Below are positions 8,296 through 17,239 of a stretch of 64,000 bases of DNA, in pieces. Origin of the DNA: Dehalococcoidia bacterium (GTDB lineage Bacteria > Chloroflexota > Dehalococcoidia > UBA2979); NCBI GenBank assembly GCA_023228825.1, contig JALOAL010000001.1:188816-252815 (forward strand). Direction: 5' to 3'. Position numbers and translations under genes: made by a program. The number at the start of each line of letters is the position of its first letter. Positions within the stretch are counted from its first letter, which is position 1. The notes under the pieces were generated by a model. That model saw nothing but the letters and a program-made list of their open reading frames with translations, was not told the origin of the DNA and did no database searches.

Positions 8296-9741
8296 TCAGC
8301 GGGCGGGTGGAGGGATCGGGGTCTCGCGGTCCACGAGGATGACCTCGCACTCCTCGCCGGGTTCGATGGCGGGGACGTCTTCCGGGCAGATGGCGTAGGC
8401 GTTGGCCAGGGACATGCTCGTCAGCACGCCGGAGCCCTGGGGGCCGGTGAGGCGCACCTGCCAGCGGCCGTCCTCGCGTTCCTCCGCCACGCCGCGCGCA
8501 TAGAAGCGGCGGCCGTCGCTGTTGACGATGCGGTCGAGCGCGACCGCGCGCACGGAGGGGCGCCGCCACGCCTCGGGATTGGCCTGCAGGCGGCCGAGCA
8601 TCTTGAACATGGCGGCACGGCCGAAGAGTTCGAACGTGACCATGGCACTGACGGGGTTGCCGGGCAGCCCCAGATGCGGCACCACCCGCCCGTCCGAGGT
8701 GGAGAACGCGCCGAAGGCGAGCGGCTTGCCGGGCTTCATGCGGATCGTCCAGAAGCCAACCTCGCCCTCCTGCGCCAGCACCGTCTTCACCACGTCGAAG
8801 TCGCCGCGGGAGACGCCGGCGCTGGTGACCAGCAGGTCGGCGCGCGCCAGCCCCTCGTGGATGCGGGCAGTGAGGGCCTCCACCGTGTCCAGGGCGACAT
8901 CGAGAATGACGGGCTCGCCGCCGAACGCGCGGACCTGGCTGGCGAGCGAGAAGGCGTTGGCGTCATAGATCTTGCCGGGCTGCATCGGCTCGCCGGGTCG
9001 CAGCAGTTCGTCGCCGGTGGAGAGGATGGCCACCACGGGGCGGCGGTGGCAGCGCACCGAGGCGAGCCCGAGCGACGCGAGGACACCCACCTGCGCGGGG
9101 CCTACGACCGTGCCGGCCGGCAGCACCAGTTCGCCCTGCCGCACGTCCTCCCCGGCGCGGCGGATGTTCGCGCCCGCCCGCGCCTCCACGTCGATGCGCA
9201 CCTCGTCACGAGGGCGCTCCTGCCAGGCGCCAGGGTCGCGGGCCGCCTCGCGCGTGGCCCAGTCGTACTCGTCCGTCTCCTCGAAGGGGACGATGCTGTC
9301 GGCGCCGTCCGGGATGGGGGCGCCCGTCATGATGCGCACGGCCTCACCCGGCGCGACCGTGCCCGGGAAGACGCTGCCCGCCGCCAGATAGCCGATGACG
9401 CGCAGGCTGCGAGGCGACTCGTAGGTCGCGCCCACGGTGTCCTCCGTGCGCACGGCGTAGCCGTCCATCCCCGTGTTCGGTAGCGGCGGAATGTCGAGGT
9501 GCGAGCGGACGTCCTCCGCCAGCATCAGGCCCAGCGCCTCCATCAGCGGCACGTCCGCCGCCGGCAGCACCTCGAAACGTTCGAGGATCCTCGAACGGGC
9601 GTCCTCCACGGAGATCATGTCGGCGGGGAGGATGCTGCGGGTGCCGGTGGTGGTGGCGGAGTAGGTCTGCTCGTGTTCGTGCGCCATGCGCGCCAGTCTA
9701 CCGCGTGTTGCCCCGCCGGACAGGACGTCATGTCCCCGCAA
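8296..9741 (-). CDS. moeA: Molybdopterin molybdenumtransferase MoeA
   Basis: MoeA N-terminal motifs are present (PLPNTGMDGYAVR..., GGVSMG). The true start may be an internal Met (MAHEHEQ or MISVEDA, near 9687 or 9621). Confidence 0.8.
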   Translation of the reverse strand: MRGHDVLSGGATRGRLARMAHEHEQTYSATTTGTRSILPADMISVEDARSRILERFEVLPAADVPLMEALGLMLAEDVRSHLDIPPLPNTGMDGYAVRTEDTVGATYESPRSLRVIGYLAAGSVFPGTVAPGEAVRIMTGAPIPDGADSIVPFEETDEYDWATREAARDPGAWQERPRDEVRIDVEARAGANIRRAGEDVRQGELVLPAGTVVGPAQVGVLASLGLASVRCHRRPVVAILSTGDELLRPGEPMQPGKIYDANAFSLASQVRAFGGEPVILDVALDTVEALTARIHEGLARADLLVTSAGVSRGDFDVVKTVLAQEGEVGFWTIRMKPGKPLAFGAFSTSDGRVVPHLGLPGNPVSAMVTFELFGRAAMFKMLGRLQANPEAWRRPSVRAVALDRIVNSDGRRFYARGVAEEREDGRWQVRLTGPQGSGVLTSMSLANAYAICPEDVPAIEPGEECEVILVDRETPIPPPAR

Positions 9742-9806
9742 CCGAACGTCCGAGGCCCCTCGTGCGTTCTGGAGGTAGCGCCCTCCCCAGGGAAGTGAGA
9801 GAGCCT

Positions 9807-10124
9807 GTGGTCGCCCGCCAGGTCCCCGAGCGGACAGACGACGTCGCCGCTACCGCCACCCCCGCCACGACTGCCACCCCCGCCATGACTGCGACGACGG
9901 GCAGCGCCGGACGTCCCGGCACGCCGCGCAACGTCGAGGCGTACACGCCGCACCGCCTGCCGGCCACCAGCGCCGCTGACCTCCACGACCCACGCGCCGA
10001 GGGCTTCGCGCTGCTGGACCGCATCCAGGCGCTCCGCCACGAGCAGCCCGCCGAGTGGTCCGGTGACCTGGACGCGATCGAATCCCTCGTCTGGCGCCTG
10101 CTCTTCCTGGACCACCAGGACTAG
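9807..10124 (+). CDS. Hypothetical small protein
   Basis: This is the ORF 9705..10124 in the track. I propose a GTG start after the GAGAGAG Shine-Dalgarno-like run. The C-terminal half looks protein-like. It is followed by two hairpins. Confidence 0.3.
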   Translation: MVARQVPERTDDVAATATPATTATPAMTATTGSAGRPGTPRNVEAYTPHRLPATSAADLHDPRAEGFALLDRIQALRHEQPAEWSGDLDAIESLVWRLLFLDHQD

Positions 10125-10152
10125 CCCATCCCTGGCGGCAGACCTTCCGGCC

Positions 10153-10180
10153 CCCTCTCCTTTCCTACGGAAGGAGAGGG
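10153..10180. terminator. Perfect 10-bp stem hairpin (CCCTCTCCTT/AAGGAGAGGG) between convergent genes
   Basis: The inverted repeat is seen directly. There is no clear U-tract, which is common in high-GC genomes. Confidence 0.5.
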
Positions 10181-10277
10181 TTGGGGTGGGGGCATGCTTT
10201 CGAGGCACCTCGAACCCCCGGTTGCCCGCGCGCCCTTCGACAGGCTCAGGCAGATTGCGGAGCGCTCCGCTTCTGTC

Positions 10278-10295
10278 CCCCCCTCTTGAGGGGGG
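10278..10295. terminator. Second G/C hairpin (CCCCCCTC tt GAGGGGGG) in the same convergent intergenic region
   Basis: The inverted repeat is seen directly. Confidence 0.45.
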
Positions 10296-10353
10296 AGGGC
10301 GAGGGAGGGGGTGGCGCCGGGCGAAGCCCAGCCCTCCGGCCCCGAGAGCCCGC

Positions 10354-10614
10354 TTACCCCAGGTTCACCGCCAGGCAGGTCGTGGTGCGCTGCACCCCCG
10401 GCGTGGACGCGATCTCCGAGGTAATCGTCCGCCCCAGTGCGTCCAGGTCCTCCGCCTCGACCTGCACGATGACGTCGAACGGGCCCGTGACCGTGTCCAC
10501 CGCCGTCACGCGCCCCTCGCCCGCGCCGGCCCCGCCGCCGATGCGCCGGATGTGCTCCGACACCGTCAGCGTGCGTCCCACCTCGGTCTCCACCAGGACG
10601 AAGCCTCGGATCAT
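10354..10614 (-). CDS. Stand-alone Lrp/AsnC C-terminal (RAM) ligand-binding domain protein. It has no HTH domain.
   Basis: The N-terminus MIRGFVLVETEVG... and length (86 aa) match an AsnC_trans_reg domain only. The strong Shine-Dalgarno GAGGAGGAG lies 7 nt upstream of the ATG. Confidence 0.65.
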   Translation of the reverse strand: MIRGFVLVETEVGRTLTVSEHIRRIGGGAGAGEGRVTAVDTVTGPFDVIVQVEAEDLDALGRTITSEIASTPGVQRTTTCLAVNLG

Positions 10615-10710
10615 GGTGCGCTCCTCCTCGGACTGCTGCTTTCGCCGGGAGGGGAGCATACTCGACGCCCCGAGGCGCCACGGGGGCGGACAGCCGGGTA
10701 CCAGGAGGTC

Positions 10711-11070
10711 ATGCAGTACGGGATGATCTCGTACGTGGTGCCGCTCTCGCGCTTCCCGGACACCTACAACAAGCAGCCACTGGCCCTCGCGTCCCTCGCC
10801 TCGCAGAAGAACGACAAGGCCCTCTACCTGAACAACGTCTACGGCGACGACTCGCAGGAGGCGTGGTTCAAGGAGGCGTACCGGGCGACGGGGAAGCGCC
10901 TGGACATGGGCAAGTCCTGCGTCCGCTTCCGCCACCTGGAGGACCTCCCGCTGGAGGTGGTGGGGGAAGCCATCGAACGGACGCCCGTGGAGGACTTTGT
11001 GGCGCGCTATGCGGCGGGGAGGGGTAGCGACGCCGCGTCGTTGAGGATCAATTCCGTTCGCGTGCGGTAG
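10711..11070 (+). CDS. DUF1801 (YdhG-like) domain protein, possibly N-terminally truncated
   Basis: The Shine-Dalgarno AGGAGG precedes the ATG at 10711. The 119-aa product matches the central and C-terminal part of DUF1801 proteins. The expected N-terminal region would overlap the opposite-strand RAM gene. Confidence 0.4.
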   Translation: MQYGMISYVVPLSRFPDTYNKQPLALASLASQKNDKALYLNNVYGDDSQEAWFKEAYRATGKRLDMGKSCVRFRHLEDLPLEVVGEAIERTPVEDFVARYAAGRGSDAASLRINSVRVR

Positions 11071-11073
11071 AAT

Positions 11074-12318
11074 GTGCTCGTGAATCAGACGCAAATGACG
11101 TTGGACGAGTACGACCGCAGAAGGCGTCTCTTGGAGGATGCCTTTAGTCCGTTCGCTCCGGTAAGTGAAGCCGAGGTGTTTCACGGTCGTTCTGAGCAAC
11201 GGCGGCTGGTAGTAGAAGCGATCCGGACGGTCGGTCGGCATGTCGTCATCTACGGCGAGCGAGGGGTTGGTAAAACCTCACTGGCCAACGTTCTGCGCCC
11301 GTGGCTGGGCCAAGCGATAGCCGTTGCCCACGTTAGCGCAACAGCTGGCGACACCTTCGAGACCCTGATTCGACGGGCGTTCGCCTCCTACCAGCTGACA
11401 TTGCCGCTGCCCGCTGTGGGCTTCGTGCGTCAGCAGACTGAAGTTCAGTACGCCTTGGCGGCTGCTCTACCGGGCGAGAGCCCGCTGCTCCCCGATCAGG
11501 TCGCTCGGACGCTTGCGAACTTCAACTATGACCTGGTCGTCGTGGTTGACGAGTTCGACCGCCTCCCCACAGAGCAAGTACCGGCCTTCGCAGACTTTAT
11601 TAAGTCTCTTTCTGACGACCGGTCTGGATCGACTGTCGTGATTGTCGGTGTTGCAGAATCGGTCAATCAATTGGTAGGCGAACATGGATCGATTGTCCGC
11701 AACCTCATGCAAATTCATATGCCGCGGATGTCGGAGGACGAACTCACCGAGATCGTCGATACCGGGTTTACAGCAGCTGACTGCACCAGCACAAGTCGAG
11801 TGATGAGCAGAATCGTGCGGTCGTGTCACGGCTTCCCGCATTACGCTCATCTGATCGCACAGTACACGGGCTTAGCGGCGTTAAACGAGGCGAAGCAAAA
11901 GGGACAAGCAATCGACGGGACGCTCGAGATCACCGAGCAGCACGTCGTTGGAGGAATGGATCGGGCCGTCCAGACCGCCGATCAGACGCACCGCGAGGCG
12001 TACCATCGGGCGGTCCAAGGTGGGGATGCTTCTCTGTGGGTACCGGTAGTGGTCGCATGTGCCTTGGCGTCGGCGGATGACCGTGGCTTCTTTAATTCCC
12101 GGGCAGTTCTACAGGCGTTGCAGCAGATACGCGGCCAAGAGGTCGTCCAACAGACTTTTGCCTACCATCTGGGCGAGCTGATCGCGGAAAAGCGGGGGCC
12201 ACTCCTCGAACGCACTGGTCCTGAGAAGCGCTACCTCTACCGCTTTGTTGATCCCTTCATGCGGCCCTATATCATCATGCGGGCACAGGCCGAGCGGGTG
12301 GCTGACGGTCTCGCCTAA
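11074..12318 (+). CDS. AAA+ P-loop NTPase (Arch_ATPase/AAA_16/AAA_22-like, Cdc6/ORC-like N-terminal domain with an uncharacterised C-terminal domain) on a low-GC islet
   Basis: Walker A is GERGVGKTSL and Walker B is VVVDEFDRL. The protein is 414 aa. Local GC is about 48-57% against about 70% in the flanks. Confidence 0.6.
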   Translation: MLVNQTQMTLDEYDRRRRLLEDAFSPFAPVSEAEVFHGRSEQRRLVVEAIRTVGRHVVIYGERGVGKTSLANVLRPWLGQAIAVAHVSATAGDTFETLIRRAFASYQLTLPLPAVGFVRQQTEVQYALAAALPGESPLLPDQVARTLANFNYDLVVVVDEFDRLPTEQVPAFADFIKSLSDDRSGSTVVIVGVAESVNQLVGEHGSIVRNLMQIHMPRMSEDELTEIVDTGFTAADCTSTSRVMSRIVRSCHGFPHYAHLIAQYTGLAALNEAKQKGQAIDGTLEITEQHVVGGMDRAVQTADQTHREAYHRAVQGGDASLWVPVVVACALASADDRGFFNSRAVLQALQQIRGQEVVQQTFAYHLGELIAEKRGPLLERTGPEKRYLYRFVDPFMRPYIIMRAQAERVADGLA

Positions 12319-12344
12319 CTCTCCCTCCCCATACAATCCCCACC

Positions 12345-13394
12345 ATGACCTCCACCACTGACCGCATCGCCGAGATTGAGCGCGACGCCCTGGCGGCGCT
12401 CGCCAGTGCCGAGGATGACGCCAGCATCGAGGCGTGGCGGACGCGGGTGCTGGGGCGGTCGGGGGAGTTGACGGGCGTGCTGCGCGGCATCGGCGGGCTG
12501 GAGGCCGAGGAGCGCAAGGCCGTGGGCGCCGAGGCGAACCGCGCCAAGCAGGTGCTGGAGGCAGCCCTCGAAGCGCGGCGCGAGGCGGTCCGGCGCGCGG
12601 CGCTGGCCTCGGCGGAGGCGGACGCCCTCGACGTGACGCTGCCGGGCCGGCCAGTGGGCATCGGCCGGCTGCACCCGGTCACGCAGGTGCGCCGCAAGAT
12701 CCTGGACGTCTTCGAGCGCCTGGGCTTCCAGGTCATCGAGGGCCCCGAGGTGGAACTGGACGAGTACAACTTCGGCGCGCTGCGCATCCCGGAACACCAC
12801 CCCGCGCGCGACATGTGGGACACGTTCTGGTTCGACGAGGAGGTGGACGGCAAGACGCCGCTCCTCCTGCGTACGCACACCAGCCCCATGCAGATCCGCC
12901 ACATGCAGTCCCACGAGCCGCCCATCCGCGTGGCCGTCCCCGGCAAGTGCTACCGCTACGAGGCCACGGACGCCACGCACGAGTGGATGCTGGAGCAGGT
13001 GGAACTGCTCGCCATTGACGAGGGCATCTCCATGGCGAACCTGAAGGGGACCCTGGAGGAGTGGGCGCGCCAGATGTTCGGCCCCGGCCGCAAGGTGATG
13101 CTACGCAACTCCTACTTCCCGTTCGTGGAGCCGGGCGTGGAGGTGGCGGTCGACTGCTTCGCCTGCCCGGGCGACGACCCGGCGTGCTCGGTATGTCGAG
13201 GCTCAGGCTGGCTGGAGATGATGGGCGCGGGCATGGTGCACCCGGAGATCATCGAGGCTGCGGGCTACGACCCGGAGCGGTACACGGGCTTCGCCGCCGG
13301 CATGGGCGTGGAGCGCGTGGCCATGGTGATGCTGGGCGTCTCCGACATCCGCGACTTCCACGCGAACGACCCTCGCTTCCTCGCCCAGTTCTGA
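12345..13394 (+). CDS. pheS: Phenylalanine--tRNA ligase alpha subunit
   Basis: Class II aaRS motifs are present (...FDEEVDGKTPLLLRTHTSPMQIRHM...). The protein is 349 aa. Confidence 0.9.
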   Translation: MTSTTDRIAEIERDALAALASAEDDASIEAWRTRVLGRSGELTGVLRGIGGLEAEERKAVGAEANRAKQVLEAALEARREAVRRAALASAEADALDVTLPGRPVGIGRLHPVTQVRRKILDVFERLGFQVIEGPEVELDEYNFGALRIPEHHPARDMWDTFWFDEEVDGKTPLLLRTHTSPMQIRHMQSHEPPIRVAVPGKCYRYEATDATHEWMLEQVELLAIDEGISMANLKGTLEEWARQMFGPGRKVMLRNSYFPFVEPGVEVAVDCFACPGDDPACSVCRGSGWLEMMGAGMVHPEIIEAAGYDPERYTGFAAGMGVERVAMVMLGVSDIRDFHANDPRFLAQF

Positions 13395-13453
13395 TCTGAC
13401 CCCTTCGCCCTGCACAGGGTGTCCCCGTGTGTCCGACTCCGGTCGAACGGAGG

Positions 13454-13501
13454 GGGCTCTGCCTCTGCGAAACCCGGGCCTCTGCGAAACCCGGGCCTCT
13501 G
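13454..13501. repeat. 17-bp direct repeat cctctgcgaaacccggg, 2 copies plus 1 partial, upstream of the thiolase gene
   Basis: The repeat is read directly in the pheS–thiolase intergenic region. Confidence 0.7.
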
Positions 13502-13613
13502 CGAGACCCTGAAATTACGTGCGAATACTGGCGTATCGGTGTCCTGCGTTAGGATGCCGGAGGAGCCTCGAGACCCCTCGATGTGTGGGGGTGGGGGCCG
13601 GGGCTGGAGGAGG

Positions 13614-14834
13614 ATGAGGATGCGCGAGGTCGCGATTGTGTCGCCGCTGCGGACAGCGGTGGGGCGCTTTGGTGGATCACTGAAGGACATTCCGGCCGCG
13701 GACCTGGGCGCCACGGTGGCGAAGGCGATCCTCGAACGGACGGGGCTGGACCCGGCCCGGGTGGACGACGTGGTGCTGGGCCACGGCTACCCCGGCGGCG
13801 AGGAGCCGGCCATCGGACGCATCGTGGGGCTGAAGGCCGGACTACCGGTGGAGACCCCGGGATACCAGTTGGACCGGCGGTGCGCCTCCGGGCTGCAGGC
13901 CATCCTGAACGCGGCCATGCTCGTGCAGACGGACAACGCGGACGTGGTGCTGGCCGGCGGCGTGGAGTCCATGAGCCGCGTGGAGTTCTACACCTCCCCG
14001 GACATCCGCTGGGGCGTGCGTCAGGGCGGCATCGAACTGAAGGACCGCCTCGACCGCTCGCGCACCTGCGCCGCGCCCGAGGAGATCGTGGGCTACATCT
14101 CCGGCATGATCGAGACGGCCGAGAACGTGGCGAAGAAGTACGACATCAGCCGCGAGGCGCAGGACGAGTACGCGGTGCGCAGCCACCAGCGCGCCGTGGC
14201 CGCGCAGCAGGAGGGCCGCTTCGCCGGCGAGATCGTCCCGGTCACCATCCCCCAGCGTCGAGGCGACCCGATCGTGTTCGCGGAGGACGAGGGGCCGCGC
14301 GCTGACACGACGCCTGAGGCGCTCGCGCGCCTGCGCCCAATGATGGGCCCGGATGGCTCCGTGACGGCGGGCAACGCCAGTTCCCAGAACGACGCCGCTT
14401 CGCTCTGCCTCGTGGTGGCGGCGGACAAACTGGACGAGTTGGGCCTCGAACCGTCGCTCTACCTGCGAGGCTGGGCGTCCGCCGGGGTGCACCCGGCGTA
14501 CATGGGCATCGGCCCGGTGCCGGCGTTCGAGAAATTGTCGGCGAAGACGGGCGTGGGCCTGGCGGACATCGACGTGGTCGAACTGAACGAGGCGTTCGCC
14601 AGCCAGGTGTTGGGCGTGCTGCAGGGCTGGGGCGTGGCGGACGACCGCGACTTCCTGGAGAAGTTGAACCCGAACGGGTCCGGCATCTCGCTGGGCCACC
14701 CCATCGCGGCCACGGGCGCGCGCATCCTGGCCACCATGAGCCCCGAGTTGCAGCGTCGAAGTGCGCGTTACGGCCTGGAGACGATGTGCGTGGGCGGCGG
14801 CCAGGGCCTGGCGGCGCTCTTCGAGCGGCCGTAG
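13614..14834 (+). CDS. Acetyl-CoA C-acetyltransferase (thiolase)
   Basis: The Shine-Dalgarno GGAGGAGG precedes ATG 13614 (or 13620). The thiolase N-terminus VAIVSPLRTAVGRFGGSL, the active-site region and a C-terminal GGGQG are present. The tracked 13419 start is an upstream overextension. Confidence 0.85.
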   Translation: MRMREVAIVSPLRTAVGRFGGSLKDIPAADLGATVAKAILERTGLDPARVDDVVLGHGYPGGEEPAIGRIVGLKAGLPVETPGYQLDRRCASGLQAILNAAMLVQTDNADVVLAGGVESMSRVEFYTSPDIRWGVRQGGIELKDRLDRSRTCAAPEEIVGYISGMIETAENVAKKYDISREAQDEYAVRSHQRAVAAQQEGRFAGEIVPVTIPQRRGDPIVFAEDEGPRADTTPEALARLRPMMGPDGSVTAGNASSQNDAASLCLVVAADKLDELGLEPSLYLRGWASAGVHPAYMGIGPVPAFEKLSAKTGVGLADIDVVELNEAFASQVLGVLQGWGVADDRDFLEKLNPNGSGISLGHPIAATGARILATMSPELQRRSARYGLETMCVGGGQGLAALFERP

Positions 14835-14903
14835 GCCCCCTTCACCGCGCACCAGCCTCACGACGTGCCTCTGACGTGTTTCTGACGTGGGCGCCAGGCG
14901 CGG

Positions 14904-15251
14904 TCAGACGACCAGCCCGGCGGCCACGTAGCCGGCCATGCCGGCGATGAGCGCCCCCAGGAGCCCCCAGCGCAGCCCTGCGCCGAGCGCCAGCGCCGTT
15001 CCGACGAGGAGCGGCGCCCACACCCGCAGGGCCGCCTCGAACGTGGCCGTCGCCTCGGCCTCTGCGGTGCCCGCGAGCACGCTGGCCACGAGGGCGGCGA
15101 GGATCGCCGGGCGGGCGTGCACGAGCCAGCGGTCGAGCGACGCCGCCACGCCTCGCGCTGCCGGGATCACGATGAACACGGCGCGCATCGCGTAGGTACC
15201 CAGGGCGATCACGGCGATGGCCGCGAACTGCTGCCACACGGGCATGTCCAT
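14904..15251 (-). CDS. azlD: Branched-chain amino acid transport protein AzlD
   Basis: It is a small (115 aa), very hydrophobic protein downstream of azlC. Confidence 0.6.
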   Translation of the reverse strand: MDMPVWQQFAAIAVIALGTYAMRAVFIVIPAARGVAASLDRWLVHARPAILAALVASVLAGTAEAEATATFEAALRVWAPLLVGTALALGAGLRWGLLGALIAGMAGYVAAGLVV

Positions 15252-15253
15252 GC

Positions 15254-16036
15254 TCAGCCCTCGCTCTCGCTGCTCGCGCCGGTGGCGTCAGTGGGGGGCG
15301 AGAAGCGCGCCGCCACGATGCCCGCGAGCATGCCGAAGCCGGCCCCGGCGATGATCGAGCCCGTGTCCATGAGCGGCCGCAGCGCGACCGCCGCCGCCGC
15401 CCCCACGATCGCCGCCGCCACGGCCGGGCGGCCACGGAGCGCGGGGGCGAGCAGGCCGGTGAGGGCGGCGGGGGCCGCGAACTCCACGGGCCAGGACTCC
15501 GGGATCACGTGGCCGGCCAGCACGCCCGCGGTCACGGCCACGAGCCACACGACGCCGAGGAACCCTCCGGAGGCGACCAGGTAGCGCCGGAACCAGCGCC
15601 GGTCCCCGCGCTCCTCGGGGCGGCGGGCGAAGACCAGGGCGAAGGTCTCGTCCAGGATCAGGTGCGGCGCGGCCCAGCGGAACCAGCGCGGTTGGCCTCG
15701 GAAGAGCGGGCTGAGGGCGGCGCTGTAGATGAGCATGCGCGCGTTCACGACCAGCGTGGCCACGACCACCGCGATCCAGGCGGCGCCCTCGCCCAGCAGG
15801 GTGACCGCGGCCAGGTGCGCGGACCCGGCGAACACCAGCGGCGTAGCCACCCACCCCACGAGGTTCGACATCGCCGTCTCGGAGATGGCCGCGCCCACGG
15901 CGATGCCGAACGGCAGCACGGAGATCGCCACCGGTACGGCGTCGCGCAGGGCCGCGCCGGCAGCCCCCACTATCGAGGAAGCGCGCGCGGTTGACTCGGC
16001 GCTGGCGGAGGACTCTGGCCTGCCCAACGACGCCAC
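15254..16036 (-). CDS. azlC: AzlC-family branched-chain amino acid permease
   Basis: It is a polytopic membrane protein with AzlC-like motifs (VLPFGIAVGA..., NARMLIYSAALSP). Confidence 0.65.
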   Translation of the reverse strand: MASLGRPESSASAESTARASSIVGAAGAALRDAVPVAISVLPFGIAVGAAISETAMSNLVGWVATPLVFAGSAHLAAVTLLGEGAAWIAVVVATLVVNARMLIYSAALSPLFRGQPRWFRWAAPHLILDETFALVFARRPEERGDRRWFRRYLVASGGFLGVVWLVAVTAGVLAGHVIPESWPVEFAAPAALTGLLAPALRGRPAVAAAIVGAAAAVALRPLMDTGSIIAGAGFGMLAGIVAARFSPPTDATGASSESEG

Positions 16037-16312
16037 CTGCTCTCACGTCCTCCGGGACGCTCGTCATCGTCCCCCAGCACGGCCTCGGTAGCCACTGAAG
16101 GACACGAAGGGAACGACGCGACACCCCGGCAGCGGGTGCAACGCGGGCGACCCCAGGCGGCGGGAGATCATCAAGGTCAACGACCACCTGATGACCGCGC
16201 TCGAATACCTCATGGAGATGGTGGACGGCCCCCGCTCGACAGGCGGCGCGGGCGACGACTACGCCGACGTGCCCGTCCTCCACTGACCACCCCCCGACTG
16301 CATCGGCCACCT

Positions 16313-16405
16313 ACCTACGCAATTTGCGTAGGTATAACCGTCAAGTAGTGGCGCCCGCAGGTCTGGAAGCACGTTACTTGACCGTTATACTTACGCAAAT
16401 TACGT
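16313..16405. promoter_or_regulatory. AT-rich composite palindrome/operator. It contains a perfect 23-bp palindrome TACCTACGCAA-T-TTGCGTAGGTA (16313-16335) inside an approximately 93-bp imperfect inverted repeat, with a third TACTTACGCAAA half-site.
   Basis: The inverted repeats are read directly. Local GC is about 40-45% in a 70% GC genome. It sits between divergent azlC (minus) and a small operon (plus). Candidate -35 TTGAC(C/G) boxes overlap it on both strands. Confidence 0.6.
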
Positions 16406-16455
16406 GAATGGGGGGTGCTTTGCCACGTCCGTGATGAAGCACTAGGCTTGCACAC

Positions 16456-16770
16456 ATGAGCGAAGACACCACCCCCCACAACGTGAACCGCGAGCCTGCG
16501 AACCGTAACCATTCCCCGATCCCCCTGGAGGATCTGCAGGTCATCGCGCATTACCCGGCCGACTACATCTCCCGCGGCGGGCTCATCGGGGGGATCGGCA
16601 CCGCCGTACTGACTCTGCTCGGCTCTGGCCCGGATCTCGAGGCTCAGGTGTGGGGACTACTCGCAGGCGGCTTCCTCGGCGGGCTGGTCGGCTTCATCGC
16701 GATGATCTTCGTGGGCGAGTTCCGCTACGTGGAGTGGCGCAACAAGCAGCGCGACCGCAACGAAGCGTGA
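16456..16770 (+). CDS. Small membrane protein (two predicted TM helices), unknown function
   Basis: It is a 104-aa ORF immediately downstream of the palindromic region with a hydrophobic C-terminal half. Confidence 0.45.
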   Translation: MSEDTTPHNVNREPANRNHSPIPLEDLQVIAHYPADYISRGGLIGGIGTAVLTLLGSGPDLEAQVWGLLAGGFLGGLVGFIAMIFVGEFRYVEWRNKQRDRNEA

Positions 16771-17087
16771 ACCGCTGGGCCCTCGCTCTCGTGGTCGTCG
16801 GCGTGTTCGCGCTCGGCGCTGCCGTCAACGCGCTCGGCCAGGACGATCCGCCAGCCGATCAGCCGGTCGTGGTGTGGAAGGGGCGGACGGGCTCCAACCA
16901 GGTCTGGACCGTTCGCTACCAGATCGCCGATGACCACTGGGCGTTGTTCACGGCGGGGCACGCTGGTTGCTACGCCGCAGCCCGGATCGGCGAACCGCTG
17001 CCGGATGAGTGCAGGGGTGGGGTCGCGGAGTTGACGCCCCGAGAGCGGGTGATCGAGCGGCTCCGGGAACGCCAGAACAACCGCTAG
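16767..17087 (+). CDS. Small secreted protein (signal peptide ...AAVNA-LGQ), translationally coupled to the upstream gene
   Basis: The GTG start overlaps the upstream stop (GTGA) and is followed by a typical signal peptide. The tracked ORF 16650..17087 is the same frame extended from an upstream ATG. Confidence 0.4.
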   Translation: MNRWALALVVVGVFALGAAVNALGQDDPPADQPVVVWKGRTGSNQVWTVRYQIADDHWALFTAGHAGCYAAARIGEPLPDECRGGVAELTPRERVIERLRERQNNR

Positions 17088-17239
17088 ACCGCGACCGCCG
17101 CCTTCCGCCGCCAGTAGGTCGTCCGCCGGCACTTCCCGTACCACGCATCCACGCCTTCGGCCTTCACGTCCACCTGCGCCACGATGAACGGCTTGCCGTA
17201 CTTGTCTCGGCACCCGTTCGCGCACCTGATGCCGGCCAT
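17084..17239 (-). CDS. Possible 51-aa Cys-containing (zinc-ribbon-like) protein
   Basis: The protein reads MAGIRCANGCRDKYGKPFIVAQVDVKAEGVDAWYGKCRRTTYWRRKAAVAV. It is the C-terminal part of tracked ORF 17084..17533. The RBS is weak. Confidence 0.25.
   Translation of the reverse strand: MAGIRCANGCRDKYGKPFIVAQVDVKAEGVDAWYGKCRRTTYWRRKAAVAV

Noticed and set aside
16092-16265. Helical-looking reading frame …REIIKVNDHLMTALEYLMEMVDGPRSTGGAGDDYADVPVLH* upstream of the palindrome
   Set aside because: It has no in-frame ATG, GTG or TTG with an RBS before the conserved-looking part. It may be a gene remnant or part of a leader, and it is not supportable as a CDS.
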